64,000 nt of DNA from the NCBI RefSeq assembly GCF_048593235.1, contig NC_133617.1, forward strand, positions 77,088,937 through 77,152,936. Reading direction: 5' to 3'. A program made the position numbers and the translations under genes. Under the pieces are notes generated by a model. The model saw only the letters and a program-made list of their open reading frames with translations, searched no databases and was not told the origin of the DNA. The stretch is from Sminthopsis crassicaudata. Taxonomy: Eukaryota. Position 1 is the stretch's first letter; the number at the start of each line of letters is the position of its first letter. Positions 1 to 12,954 of this stretch are shown one piece after another.

Positions 1-299
1 GGTTTGTATTTTCTGAGTAGCTTTTGTATGATTGTTTGGTTAAAACTGACCTGGGGACTTTATAGAGGGTCTTTGAAAAAGGGATAATGGTGAGTTTGTA
101 TTTCATAGGGAGGAGGCAAAGTTGAGGAGTGTTGTAGGGGGGAATAAAAGTAGCTCTGATTATATTGGTTGGAAACCCTATGATTGGTTATTACATGGAG
201 GGTGAGATGCAATCATCTTCCTACCCTCTCTGGTTGAGAACATCTTTGGAACCTTGGCCCCTACCCGTGCAAAACCACTCTTGACCTCTTAAATCAGTC

Positions 300-1095
300 C
301 CTTTTTCTTCACTTATAAGGCCATCCTCTTAAATAAGATCTTCATTGCCACTTCTAAAATTGGTTTCCCAAGTCTCTTTCCTTCCCAATCCATCTTCCAC
401 TCAATTGCCAAAGTAATACTCCTAAAATACTGCTCTATTCTAAATCCAGTAGTATTCTGTTACCTCTAGAATTAAATATAAACTTACTTGTTATATTCAA
501 AGCCTTTCACAGTCTGGCCTCAATTTTTCCTTTACTCACTTCTTACTCCAGCCAAACATTATTCCAGCTTATTTAAGCTGTCTTTACCTTGAGATTTCCC
601 CCATGCCTGGAATTCACTCTTGCCTTACCACTGCCATTTAGAATTTTTGTTATCTAGTTGTGTCCAACTCTTCATGACCTTATTTTGGGTTTTTTTGTTT
701 TGTTTTGTTTGTTTGTTTGTTTGTTTTTTGGCAAAGAGACTGAAATGCATTTTACCAACTCATTTTCACAAATGAACTGAGGTAGACAGCTTAAGTGACT
801 TGCACTGAGTCACACAGTAGGTGTTGGAGGTTGGATTTGGACTCTTAAAAATGAGTGTTCCTGCTTCCAAGACCACTGTCCCTAATTGCAACAACTGAAG
901 TAATGTCTTAAACATAAAGCCTTACTAATCCTTTCTCCCAAATGACTTTTTATTTTGTATATGTTTTGATGTATACATGTTGACTCCTATAGAATGTCAG
1001 CTACTTGAGAGCAGACACATTATTTTACTGTTTGTGTCCCCAGGGCTTAGCGCTGCATTCGGCACATAATAGGCATTTATTTAATAAATACTTTC
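300..1095 (+). mobile_element. L2 LINE 3' fragments
   Basis: L2 3' motifs (aaagcctttcacagtctggcc; tgtccccagggcttagc..ggcacataataggc..aataaat), interrupted by a SINE. Confidence 0.55.
730..895 (-). mobile_element. CORE-SINE (MIR/MAR-type)
   Basis: aactgaggtag..ttaagtgacttgc..gtcacacag..ggatttggactc core. Confidence 0.55.
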
Positions 1096-1441
1096 AGAAA
1101 GATACAGTCCATTCAGGGAAAAATCAAATATCAGCCCTGTTGATATTTGTTTCTTTTTGGATTTGGAGTAAAACTAGTAGGGTACATACAATGAAAGAAC
1201 TGAATTGTTTAGAAATCACAAAAAGAAGGTATATAGATAGTTGAGCAGCATTATTTACATAAAAATCAGATCAGAGATTTTGAAGTACAACAGCTGACTC
1301 ATACTCAGGATAGCAAATGAATCTTGTTCTACTTTTTTCTAAGAATTTCTATAGGATTATCTGGTGAAACTATGTGAGAATTTTAAGGTAGTTTGTAGGG
1401 TGTCTGCGGGAACCCACATTAAGATAAAAAGCCTTCGGTGT

Positions 1442-1442
<1 letters not shown>

Positions 1443-1494
<52 letters not shown>
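1443..1494. repeat. (GT)n microsatellite
   Basis: Direct reading. Confidence 0.98.
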
Positions 1495-1496
<2 letters not shown>

Positions 1497-2869
1497 TTAT
1501 GTGCATCTGTATATAAAAATTTTGGGGTGTATCCATTGCAAATAGAAATTTAGCTTCAAGACCAATATTACTGGATTCTGGATATATCAGTTCTGTTGGC
1601 TCATAGATATGCCTATATGAATGTGTTTGAGCCAAGTTTTCACACCATCATACAATATTTAATTACTATGATATTTGAGAATGTACCTGATTCCTTGGCC
1701 TTAATCTGGGTATCAACAGAGGTGGGTCTCTTGTAAGGATAGAAAAATTCAGGACATGTATAGAAAATAGCAAGAAATATAGACAGTTTGGCTTTTGAAG
1801 TATGGGAGTTGGTGGGAGTACATGGCAATTGAAGGGAAATGGTAATAAAATGGGCAAGATGTTTCGTTTTCAGAGTAAGGGTAGTGAGTTTTGTGAAGCT
1901 TAGTACTGATTATTATTGTGATTGGTTCCTGGTACCACAGCAGATGGTTTGTGATGAACTGAAACATATCCAGATGAGTCACTGTGGCATAAAAGAAATT
2001 AAACCATGTCTTGAGCAGTCAAGGAGTATTTAGCACAGAGAAGAGGAGGAAGGGGAAATGGGGTGTTGTTTTATTGGTGGTCTTCAGGTAGCCAGCAGGT
2101 TGGTAGTCAAAGAATAATGATTAGACTTAGATTGCTTTGTTCTAAAAGGGTAGTACTTTACTAATGGTTGAAGTTAGAGATGCAGATATTAGCTTAGTAG
2201 GAAACAAAAAGAAATGGTAGGAATTAAATCTGTACAAAAAATGGAATTAATTTGTATAACCTCTGTTAACTGTTTTCAGAAGTAAACCATTTGTTGGAGA
2301 TGATACAGAAGGAAATTTGTTCATGATTTGGAAGGTTGAATAACCCTCATAGAAGTAGAAAAGACATGAATTGTCATCTAATTCAAACCTTATACAAGTC
2401 ATGATTCCATTGTTTGACTTTGAAGATTTCTAGTGAGAGCTTAGCTCACTAGCCATAAAATAATTTTTTCCACCAATTAGAACAATTCTAATCATTAGTT
2501 TGAAGATGGTGATGATAATTATGTGGTACAGAGCACTTTGCTCAAAAACATTCTGTAAAGTAGTTAATGAAAGGGTTTCTCCTCTACTAGAGGTTTTACC
2601 TTATTGAACATCCTTGAACATAAGAATGTTCAACATTCTTATCAGTGACTTGAAGAAAATCATACTAATGCCCATACAATAGGAGAGGGGAGTTATAACT
2701 AGACAAAAGGCCATGTAGACTTCAGACTCAATGTGAGTGAACACTAGACCTGGTAATTAAAACTGCTAATGTGGTCTTTTTAGGTTTGAATCATTGCATG
2801 TTATGTTCAGTCTGTCAGATTGTAATCTAGCTATAACTTGTTTGTTTTCCATTTTTCCCCCATAAATCT

Positions 2870-3480
2870 TCCACAGAAGGAGGAGGGATTAGGAAAAAGC
2901 ATAAAAGATTTCTGGTAATATGACAGCTATCTTCAAATGTTGATTGTCATGTGTAAAGGAGAGATTTTTGTTTTTGCTTTATCTTAGCTGAACTAGGAGC
3001 AATGGATGAATGTTTGAGAAGCAGACTTGGGCTTATAAAAAAAAATTACAATTTGAGTTATCCAAAAGTGTTATGTACTACCTCATTAGATGAGTGTATT
3101 CCAGAAACAGCTGATGAAGATTCCTTCTCAGGTTGGACTAGATGACCTCTGATTTTTTTGTCTAACTCTTGAGATAAAACTTGTAAATATTGATGCTTTT
3201 ATTTTTCCCATGTTTTTTCTAGTTTGATCTCTATTTCACAATATCTTCTCCAAGCCAAATATCTTCATTTTTGCTAATCTTTTAAGGTTTTTTTCTGGCT
3301 CTGTCACCATCATAGCTGATAAGAGATAGGGTCTAGATGTGATCCAAGTTGTCAGTGTGCTTTCTAAAATGTGTCTAGAACTAACATCTGACGAGGGAAA
3401 AAGTATAGTAAACCTGTCATCTTCATTTTCCAAAAGTATGAAATAAAACCAGTTTAAGGACAGATCCGTGAGGCTGACTA
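2870..3480. mobile_element. L3/CR1 LINE fragments (about 2870-3150 +, 3240-3480 -)
   Basis: CR1 3' motifs (gacagctatcttcaaat; ggttggactagatgacctct; atttggcttggagaaga). Confidence 0.55.
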
Positions 3481-4029
3481 CTAGAGACTTTCCTTTAGAC
3501 ATTAGATTGCTTTTATATCTCCATTTACTGATGTAAACATGAGCTTTTTTTTTTTTAATCACATACCTTGCTGACATCAATATATGCTTAAACAACTCAT
3601 TCTCTTAACTTTTCTGGAAGCTCATAAACTTTAATAATACATGTGAGAATTTAGCCTATGTACACGAGATTACTGGTCTGTAGTTTAATCTCTTGTTCCT
3701 TTGAAAAGAATCATACATTTTCCCATAATCTCAGAGAAGTGGTCTAGTCCAACTATATTATTCCAGCATGTTATCATTATTCAGTCTTTGATTGAGAACA
3801 TCTGATGAGGAGGAACATTATGTTCTGAAGGAACATTCTCCAGATGAAAATAATTTAAAAATTTTTTTTCTTATATCAAGCCAAAATAGAGTTCTTTGTA
3901 ACATCCATTGTTCTTGGTTTTATCTTTTAAAATCAAACCTAATTCTTCCATGTGACCATACTTCATATACTTAAAGATGCTATTTTTCCTACCCCTGAGT
4001 CTTTCCTTTTTCTAGTCCTTTGGCTGATT

Positions 4030-4390
4030 CAAAAACCCTCCTTTATTCTGGTCACAATTGTAAAGTTATCCTTCGAGACTGCCGTCTCAACTCAATCTCC
4101 CAGCCAGACTTTCTCCTTCCAGCCTGCCATCCCAACTCTGTCCCAGACTTGACTACTCTCCAGACCCAATGCCGCCCTCTTTTATCCTCGCAGAGATTGT
4201 AGTGAGAACTCAACAGGGCTTGTGAGAAATACTTCAACCAATGAACTTGCTCCCTCTAACTCCTTTAAAAACATGTAAACTCTCCCTCAGAATTCCAAAG
4301 GTGTAAATTCCCTTTAAAGGCCCAAGCCAAAGGTGTGAATTCTGAGCTAGAGAATTGTTTAGGCAACCTGAGTTCTCACCTTGTAATCCT
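4030..4390 (-). mobile_element. LTR-like fragment
   Basis: Composition and motif layout resemble an antisense marsupial LTR (cttttatcct = TATA-like on -). Family not recognised. Confidence 0.3.
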
Positions 4391-4719
4391 AATACACAAT
4401 TATGGATTGGGTCCAGTTCATCAATATCCTTCAGAAATTATAGAATCTAGAATACAGGAAACAGTACAAAGATTGAGCAAGGTAGAGTATAGTAGTGTTC
4501 TTGCCTCTGCAGTTTTGATAGTAGCCTTAGCACATAGTAGGCCCTTAATAAATGCTTGTTGATTTGATTGGGAAATTAAATTAGCTTTTTAAAATTACAA
4601 TCACATTTTTAGTCTTATATTGAGATTATTAACATAAATTGCTGTCTAGTTTATCTTTTGTTTAAATTGATTTTTTAAAATTATAGGCCTAAATTTGTAA
4701 TAATGACTGACATTTTATA

Positions 4720-4930
4720 GCTCTTTAAGGTTTCAAAAGACATTTATTTGTGCCTCACAACAAAACCTTGTAAGGTAGGTACTACAGGTATTATCTCTAT
4801 TTTGCAGACGAGGAAACTGAGGCTCAGAGAGGTTAATTGACTTGTCCATGGTCACACAGCTGGTAAGTGTCAGAGGAAGGAATTGAACCCCAGGTCTTTC
4901 TGGACTCAGGCTCTAGTACTCTTATCTGCT
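4720..4930 (-). mobile_element. MIR SINE
   Basis: attttgcagacgaggaaactgaggctcagagaggttaattgacttgtccatggtcacacagc core. Confidence 0.8.
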
Positions 4931-7292
4931 ACTTTCTCTAATTCATTCTCATTAAATTTCAATTTAATTTTGACTCAGTGTTCTAACCTATTGAAATCAT
5001 TTTGGATCTTGACTTACATATATGTTGTCTCTTATGATTTATAAATTTGATAAGTATGTCAGTTTATTAAAATCATTGTCTAAGGCTCTGTGTGTGAGAG
5101 AGTGAGGAGGGGTGGAGGGGAATCCCAGAATGGAAACTCTATCCACTAATGCAGATTGGTAATTTATCTATAGTTTCCAGTCTTAGAAGGTGAGTATTTT
5201 GGGTTGCTGAGACGTTAACTGACTTGCCTCAGGTCACAAAGCTAATGTGTTGAAGTAGAGTTTAGGAAGACCTAGGTTCAAAAATACCTTCTGCCCACTG
5301 TGCAAGATGTCTCATTATAACATTGATAAAAAATATTACATAGCCCAGGGCTAAGGATACATCCTTGGTGTTCTCTACTAGCAATTTCTAAGACAGGAGT
5401 GGGGAACATCTGACCATAAGGTGAAATGATTTGCTAAGGTGGTGATGAGCTGAAAGCCAGGTACAATAACCTCCCCCTGCTTGAGTTTTATAACACGATA
5501 ATTTTGTATGATCCTCAAATGATGTTCAATAACCCTTGACACACACACAAAAAAGGTTCCTACCACCCCCACCCCCCACCATGCTCTAAGATGATGTTGA
5601 ATCATTAACTACTCTTTGATTTGGTTGTGGTCCTAAAATGTCATCTAGAAGGAATGCTAGGTATTCCATCTTGTTCAATTCTGTTTTGTAGATGTAAAAA
5701 TGGAGCATTGTAGAAGGAAAGGGGCTTTTGATCCAAGATCACCCAACTAAGAAGTGTGATTTGAACCTTGGTATTCATGTCTCTTGCTAGTCCAGTGCTT
5801 TTCCTCTGTCTTTAGTCTCCCTCTTTCGGCAGCCTCTTTTTACTCATTCTGCCTTTACTACTTCTCTCTGAGGTCTTACCCTGTCCATGCTTTGTACTGC
5901 TGTTTCCAGTTTCCTTCCTTCCTTTCTTCCTTCATTCCTTGCTACCTTTCTCTCCTTTTCTCACCCAGCCCATGGCTTTTGATTGCCTTTCCCTTCACAA
6001 TGCTGAGGTGCATCCACTTGAGCTTCAGGGGTAGCATTCCAGCTCAGTTCTAACAAAGTGACACCTTATCAGTAGTTTCTGGAAAAGTTAAAACATTGTC
6101 ATTACTTTGGGAAAAAAGGTAGATGTTAATCTTAATGCTCTGCTGATCATGACTCACTTAAAATTTCTTGTCAATGAGATGAGGTTTGCACTATTCTAAA
6201 TAGCTTCAAAGATCACTTGTATGCAGATGACTCTTACCTGTCCTCACAGTCTGCCCTACTCATGTCACATTATTAGCACATTACCACATTCTTCTTGGTG
6301 TCTTGATGCTCCCTAAAATGTCAAACTTTGACATAATCAGAATGAAATTGATCATTTTCCCCCTAAAACTCAGTGGTGGTACCTAAGCTTGGATTATAAT
6401 CATTATAATATTGTCATTTACTATATCAAATCAATTTCCAAGTTCTAGCTATTCTAACTCCACAATGTAGATAATTATTATGTTCCTTTTCTCACTTCAT
6501 CACTGTTTGAAACCATCATTTCTCTCTATTACTAGCTTTCTATCTGGTCTCTATGCTTTATACATTTCTTACCCTCCTCAGGACTGCCCAAATAATCTTC
6601 CCAAAGTGCAGATCTGACCATTTAAAATAAGGAAATTGAGACCTAGTGAGGTCATGGGACTTAAAATCACATAATTTACAATTGATGGAGCTGGGATCAG
6701 AACCCAATCTGCTCCATGATATACCTCATTTCTTATCATTGACTTTGGTTGTGTCCCATAGTGCCCTAGCCCTTGAACCTCCTCTTGCTTCCGAGGACAA
6801 CTGTGGTGGCCATGACTCGAAAGTCTTTCATCCCATCATCCCATTCAAGCCTTTGTGCCCGAGAATTTTAGTGTTGGAAAGTATCTGAAAAAGCACCCAG
6901 TCTAGTCGTTCCTGGCATATAAAGATCCTGAAAGTATAAGCTTCAGTAATGGCAGGAAGTTGTAGCAGTTCAAATGTAGGTCAACTACTAAACAAGAATC
7001 TTTTAGGGTGGGAATGGTGAGGGTAGGGCATGGCCCAATATGTAACAAATTTGATTTGGATTTTGATAATTACTAGAAAAACAAGGAAAAGTGTGTGATG
7101 AAATTAGGTGCTGAATGTTATAGTCACGTGGGACCCAAGGTATGGCAGTTGGGTGAAGAAGAGGCCATGGAGCTTTCAGGCCCAACTCTTTGTTTGATTC
7201 CCAAATAACCATTCTCAATGTAAAATGATTTTCTTCCTGGCAGGTACTACCTGTCCTGTGTGATAGGTGGCAGCTGCCCACCATATTCAGCT

Positions 7293-7687
7293 ATGCGTCC
7301 GCTGGTGTTCCTGTGTGCCCAGCAGGTGATCAAAGATGAGGAATCTGCATGCCAGGCCTTGGAGCTTCTGCCACAGGACCTATACCCAGTCCTATTCAAG
7401 GCAGCCTTCATGCATGGGAAGACACTCTTGCTCCAGGCTTTGGTGCATACGTGGCCCTACCCCATCCTCAGTTTCAAGCAATTATTGCAGGATCGGCCAC
7501 ACTGCCGCAGGGCTCTGAGGCAGGACTGGCCACACTGTCTTCGGGCCCTTCTCCAGGAGTGTCCAAATTGCCCCCGTGCCCTGCTTCAAGACCGGCCTGC
7601 AGAGGAGCTGGTACAGGCAATGATCATGGGAGTCAAGGCTCGGCTGGAAGAAGCAACAGATAATGGAACCCAGCAGTCGCTCTATAG
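7293..7687 (+). CDS. LRRC14: LRRC14-like paralogue A (PRAME/LRRC14 family), coding exon 1 of 3; full CDS join(7293..7687,9014..9637,10304..10871), 528 aa
   Basis: ATG at 7293 gives MRPLVFLCAQQV..LPQDLYPVLFKAAFMHGK..VHTWPYPILSF, matching the LRRC14 N-terminus (BC-box/Cul2-box-like). Splice acceptor ttttcttcctggcag|g at 7243 lies upstream; donor AG|gtaaat at 7687/7688 (phase 2). The symbol denotes the family; which copy is the true orthologue is unresolved. Confidence 0.9.
7491..7589 (+). repeat. Coding tandem repeat, 3 x 33 bp (11 aa)
   Basis: DRPHCRRALRQ / DWPHCLRALLQ / ECPNCPRALLQ at 7491, 7524 and 7557. Confidence 0.9.
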
Positions 7688-9013
7688 GTAAATGCCTAAT
7701 TGCTGTTCACCTGAGGTAAGAAGTTGATAATAGCTGGAGAGGCAGTCAGGACCTCAGCTCACAAGAGAGAATCTTTTCAGAACCCATAGTATCTTAGAAA
7801 CAACAGCAGAAGGGGAGAGTCCTGACAACACCATTTATTGAGTGCCTGCTCTTTAGAGATCAGGGCCAGGACCTTGTTAAAGGACATAGTTAAGCACATT
7901 TCCTAAAGTAGCAAATGTTCCAAGTTAGGAAAAAGAGGCTGCTTAGATTTTTTGTTAGACTGTTATGATCTATGGGCCTCTAGCAAGGAGGTTGAAAATT
8001 CATTCCTTCAAGAGCTGCCTGGGATTTATTAGGAAGTGCCTACTAAGAGAATAATCATTGAGAAGTAGGTCCCCACAGCTATTTTTAGGCTAAATTATGA
8101 CCCTAGAGCCAGTCTAATGATATCTAAAGATATCACTAGCCCAGACTATAACTCAGGTGCTGTGGTAGCCAAAGGTTGTGACCCATTATTATGGCCTGTA
8201 TTGATGGAACAGCTTGATATTCTCCCTGTGAAATGAAAGAAAGGGGCAGCATTAACAGCAAAATGTCTACTCTGGTCAGACTTCCATTTTGTTTACATCC
8301 TAACTAAGGACATTGGCTCTGGAGTTTGTCAGAGTACAGGCAGGATGATGGGAGAGGGTTAGATTGCCATTCCTCATGAAACTTGCTGAGAATCCTAAAT
8401 ATTTAAGAGGGGCTGTTGAGGGAAAGATGAATGAGACTTGATCTAGGTTTGATCAGGAACAATGGAACAGTGGATATTAGTTGCAGAGAAACAGATTTTA
8501 GCTTGATTGCTAGGCTACTTGATTGATCATTACCTGTCCAAAACTAGACTGGCGGCTGCTCTTTCACTGGAACTTTTGTCCTTAATACAATAGTTGAATG
8601 TCTTAGTTTTTGTCAAACACTTGGCACTGTTACGGATTCACATGTTTCTGGTCTTGACGTATATCTTCTGTTCTATTTTCCAACCAAATTTTTTATTAAT
8701 AAGTTTGATTTGGTGATTCTAGGCCCCACTGATAATCTTTGAACAAAAGCTGGAAAAACACTTTTTGAATATATTATAGAGAAGATACTTTAGGCATAAA
8801 TTGGATTGACTTCTTAGGAGATCCCTCAGAATTGTGGCATTCTGTGATTGTATTTTACGCTTTTCACTCCCTTTTTCTCCTCTATTTTATCATAGTCTCA
8901 TTTAGTTCTTAAATTTGGTTATTTCCAGAATATGCTGGCTAAATTGGAATGCAATTAGCAGTATTTGGGGTATATTCTGGCACAGGATCTCACCTTCTCT
9001 GTCCATTTCTTAG

Positions 9014-9637
9014 GAGACATCCACTGCAGCTATTAGACATGACTGGACTTCTGGATTATGGCTATGAGGAAGACCTAAAAACTATGAAAATGTGGGCCCG
9101 TACCATGACCATGGCCCAAACAGGCATTTGCCACCTCTTGGACAAAGTCGAGCAGCCAAACGAAAGCCCCAACAAGTGCAGGAAGGTTGAGGACTTGCCA
9201 TGCACACTTCTCCCTGTGGAAGTGCGTGTAGATCTCTGGGTAACCCCTTCTTCCAGTGGCTTTCTGAAGCAGGCCCTGCAAAATAATGCTGTCAGCCCCC
9301 TGCGCTTGTGCTGCAGGGATTTCCGAGCTGAAGACCTCCCACCAGACATCACTGTGGATCTCCTGGGGCTGTTAGACCATTCCAGCTTACGCCGGTTAGA
9401 CCTGTCCTTCTTTACTTTAGAAGCAGGGGGTGTGTGGGAGATCGTAGCTTCCATTATGAAGTTTACTAATCTGCTGAGCTTGAAACTTCAGTACAGCAAC
9501 ATGGATGTGTGGCGACTCTGGGCCATGTTGGAAGGCACCTTTAGCTTCCTGGCTTCAGAGATGAGCAAGCTGAAACGCCTCAAGGAGCTTAATCTGGGCA
9601 CCTCTTGGCTTTCTGGCCAGCTGCGACAGCTGCTCAG
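9014..9637 (+). CDS. LRRC14: LRRC14-like paralogue A, coding exon 2
   Basis: Acceptor ccatttcttag|g at 9013 and donor AG|gtgagt at 9637. Length 624 bp keeps phase. Encodes RHPLQLLDMTGLLD..VEVRVDL..PLRLCCRDFRAEDLP..LKELNLGTSWLSGQLRQLL. Confidence 0.92.
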
Positions 9638-10303
9638 GTGAGTGAGTCTCTTATTCATTTACCTACCCTTGCTCCCAGTAACTGGTCAGGATCCTTAGTG
9701 AAAAGAAGCTTATGGTGAAAGGGAGCTCTGAATGAAGCTCACAAACAGGAACTGTTCAGCTTGAGAGAAATATACTCTCAAATATTTGTCTGAAGATCCC
9801 CTTCCTTTTCTTTGTTTAAATCTAAATTTCTTTTGCTTTTATGAACCTGTTAAGAGTAAAAGAACTATAGAAGACCTGTTCTCAAATCCTTGCCCTAGAA
9901 TTTCTGCTGTTCTGCTGTTCAACTTTGGATAATTGAGTTAACCTGGGGAAAGTGGAAAGGGGGTGATAGTTGATATTCTAGCTTCCTCTTAGAACCAATG
10001 TGAGGAAAACTCTAAACAATGAAGAGACTAGGAGAGTGAGTGTTTCTGTCATTATGCAGAGACAAAATGGCATGTTCCATGGTTCTGTTCCCTGTCTTAA
10101 AGTTTTGCAACTTCTCTCCTGTATGTGCTTTTCCTCACCATGGACCTTGGACAAAACTTGCCCCTTTCAGCCAGGAATAAAGTATCGCTTGGCCAGCTGG
10201 CACTGAAGAACAAGCTCCAGGAAGATGGAGCACTAGCCCAGTTTCCTTGTGTTTATCCCATTTTTCCTGGAAAATAATAGCATTTCTGTGTGTCTCTTTG
10301 CAG

Positions 10304-10871
10304 TGGCCTACAGTGTCCCTTGGAAAGCCTGGAACTTCCCGTCTGCTATCTGCTCCCTGTGGACTTGAGCTACTTGTCCCAGAGTCCCCATGCTCCCCAC
10401 CTCAAGAAACTAGACCTCAGTGGCAACAACCTGTCAGGTGACCTCTTGCCCCCCTTCCAGGCACTCTTGGGGGAGGCCTCGGCCTCCTTGCTGTGTCTGA
10501 AGGTGACAGAGTGCCAGCTTATGGACGTTCACCTCATCAGCACCCTGCCCCTTCTGTCCCGCTGCACCCGCCTGCGGTATCTTGGTCTCTATGACAATCC
10601 CCTTTCCAGCATTGGGCTAAAGGCCTTATTGTCGCGCTCCGAGGTCATGCCTGACCTCCAGCTGGTAGTGTACCCGTTTCCTGTGGACTGCTACAAGGAC
10701 CTGCCTGGGGTGCCCCTGTCTGCTAACCTCTTGGAGGACTATATCGATGAGGAGAAATTTGCTCAGGTTCAGGGAGAGATGCACCAGATGCTGATAGCAG
10801 CAGGTCGGGCTGATGTGCTGTGGACCACCGATGTCTATGGCCCAAATATGCCCGACTACTTTAGCTTGTGA
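10304..10871 (+). CDS. LRRC14: LRRC14-like paralogue A, coding exon 3 (LRRs, C-terminus DYFSL)
   Basis: Acceptor tctctttgcag|t at 10303. Encodes GLQCPLESLELP..HLKKLDLSGNNLSG..YPFPVDCY..WTTDVYG..DYFSL, with TGA at 10869-10871. Confidence 0.93.
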
Positions 10872-11806
10872 CAGGACGGCTTCCTGCCAGGGACAGGGAG
10901 GCCTTTGCAGTCACCCATTCCCCCTGGGCCTGGCAGGAGAGCCTCTTTACCTCCTGGGCAGCAGCTCTTGGGGACAGGTAGGGAGCCACAGAACCTTTGT
11001 TCTTATTGTTGCCTGCTCTCTTCAGACAGGGGAATGGGGCTAGCTAACAGGGAAGCTTCAACCTGTGCCTCAGCTGAAGGGTCCTTGCTAAGGAGGACTT
11101 GTGTGAATGAGGAGCTCTCATCCAGGGGAATAGGCCCACTCTTTTGGAACTACATTCAGTTGATTGTTCCTATGAAAAGGGCATAATTGTATCCATCCCC
11201 CCAGTGAGGGGAGGGAGTTGGCGTATATTATTGAGGAATGGAAGGTCATATACCAAGATGAGGCCCTGAAGCTCTTGAGTTATATCTCAGAAGCTTTCTT
11301 GGTCAAGAATAAGCTGTAGCCTTTCCCTTCCTGACCCACCCTTTGGAATGCACAGCTCCTGCTGTGAACTTCTCTTCTGCCAGGCTAAAGATTCCCACTT
11401 AGTTTCTCATGTCTTCTCTTAAGTTCCTGGTTTCTCTTCTCCAAGTGTTTCTCCAACTTTTTTTTTCTTCTTTTACTCTTCTACCTCATCCTGGGAAGGG
11501 TTTGAGCTTAGGCAGGTGCTAGCCCCTTCTTGAGCTGCATCAGCCTTAGCTACTCCTTCATCTCATCCTTCAGTGGCATGAAGAGGCAGGCAGTGGAAAA
11601 AGGCAGCCTCAGGGATCCTTCCCTGGATCTTCAGGCCTGGTTTTCCTCAGCTCCCCCAGGACTCATGTTCCTCTTTGAACTTGCCAAGGCTTTAATATTT
11701 CATTATTTTCAAATCTCATTTGATTTTTAATCTCTTGGCTTGAGATATCTAGCACCCCTTGGTCCCTGGGACTGCTTGCTCCTCCTGATCTCAGATTGGT
11801 CTATCT

Positions 11807-11810
<4 letters not shown>

Positions 11811-11855
<45 letters not shown>
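11811..11855. repeat. 45-nt poly(T) tract
   Basis: Direct reading; downstream of the paralogue A stop codon. Confidence 0.95.
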
Positions 11856-11858
<3 letters not shown>

Positions 11859-12954
11859 GCTATTGCCACTCTCTAAACTAGTACCTAATTTTGCTTTCAC
11901 TGGTCCCTTTTTTTTCTTCTTAATCCTGTTTCTCCGTACTTCAAATATTGCCTAGAATTCATTCCTGAATTAAAAATTGAGGGTATTGATTTGGAAATAA
12001 TATAACAACCAAGATAATTATAATCAGTTATAACAAAAATTAATTCCAGAACAAACTTTATTATATTTAACTTTCTGAAGTGTTTTCTAGGCTTAAGTTG
12101 GCCCTAGTGAACTTCTTTTCATCTACAAACCTTCCTCACATCCTCTAGGGCCCCAGAAGAGGACAACAAAACTTGTCTCAGAATCCCACTATCTATTTGG
12201 GATTTTCTTCCAACATCAGCTCCCATTTGTAATCAGGATGTTTCCTGATTGATGCTCAAAGATAACACACATTCTTATATAATCAGATTGCTAAATATCT
12301 GTCCTGTTTCTACCCAAATTATGGGAAAAGGTGATAAGGAACTATGTGTCACTGAAGTATTTTTCATTTTTTCATTATTCAGAAACAAGACTAATTCAGC
12401 ATTTTATTTAATACCACTTTGCCCCTGCCAAATTTCACAGAAGACAATCCCTTTTATTTTCAGGATTCCAGGAGTACATGGTGCTTATCTCACTGAGAGA
12501 GGTCACAGTGATAGCTAGTTGTTTCCTCACCCCAGAGGAAAAAGCTGCCTGGCAGAACTAGTGCCTGTCCCTTTCATTCCCTGTCCCTTGCTTCTTTATT
12601 CCTTATTCCCTAGACATTAGAGGAGGAGGAAAGGTTATATATGTGTCTGTGTGTAGACTTTGTTTCCTGACTCCTGAAAGAAACAGCTATGGCTAAGACA
12701 TGCATGGGGACCTGCTGACATTTTGCTTATCCAGGTTGACACAGCATAGACTGCATTGCTTCACAGATGATTCATAATCAACTACCTGGGAGAAACAGGT
12801 AGTGAACCTTCTTTTCTCTGGAGTCCTCACACTGACCTGAGCATATCAAGATTCCAGGGTAGAAGGAAAGTGAAAGAAACCCTTATACCATCTTAAAGAT
12901 GGGAAAATAAAGGAGCGAGAGAGGAAGGTCTCAAGCTATGAACAGGGTAATTGG

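Noticed and set aside
1357-1635. ORFs with HTHTHT or CVCVCV runs (also 28584-28979 and 48615-48806)
   Set aside because: Translations of dinucleotide microsatellites.
5396-5575. hAT-Charlie MITE (caggagtggggaac...ggttcctaccacccc)
   Set aside because: Terminal resemblance only; too degenerate to support without RepeatMasker.
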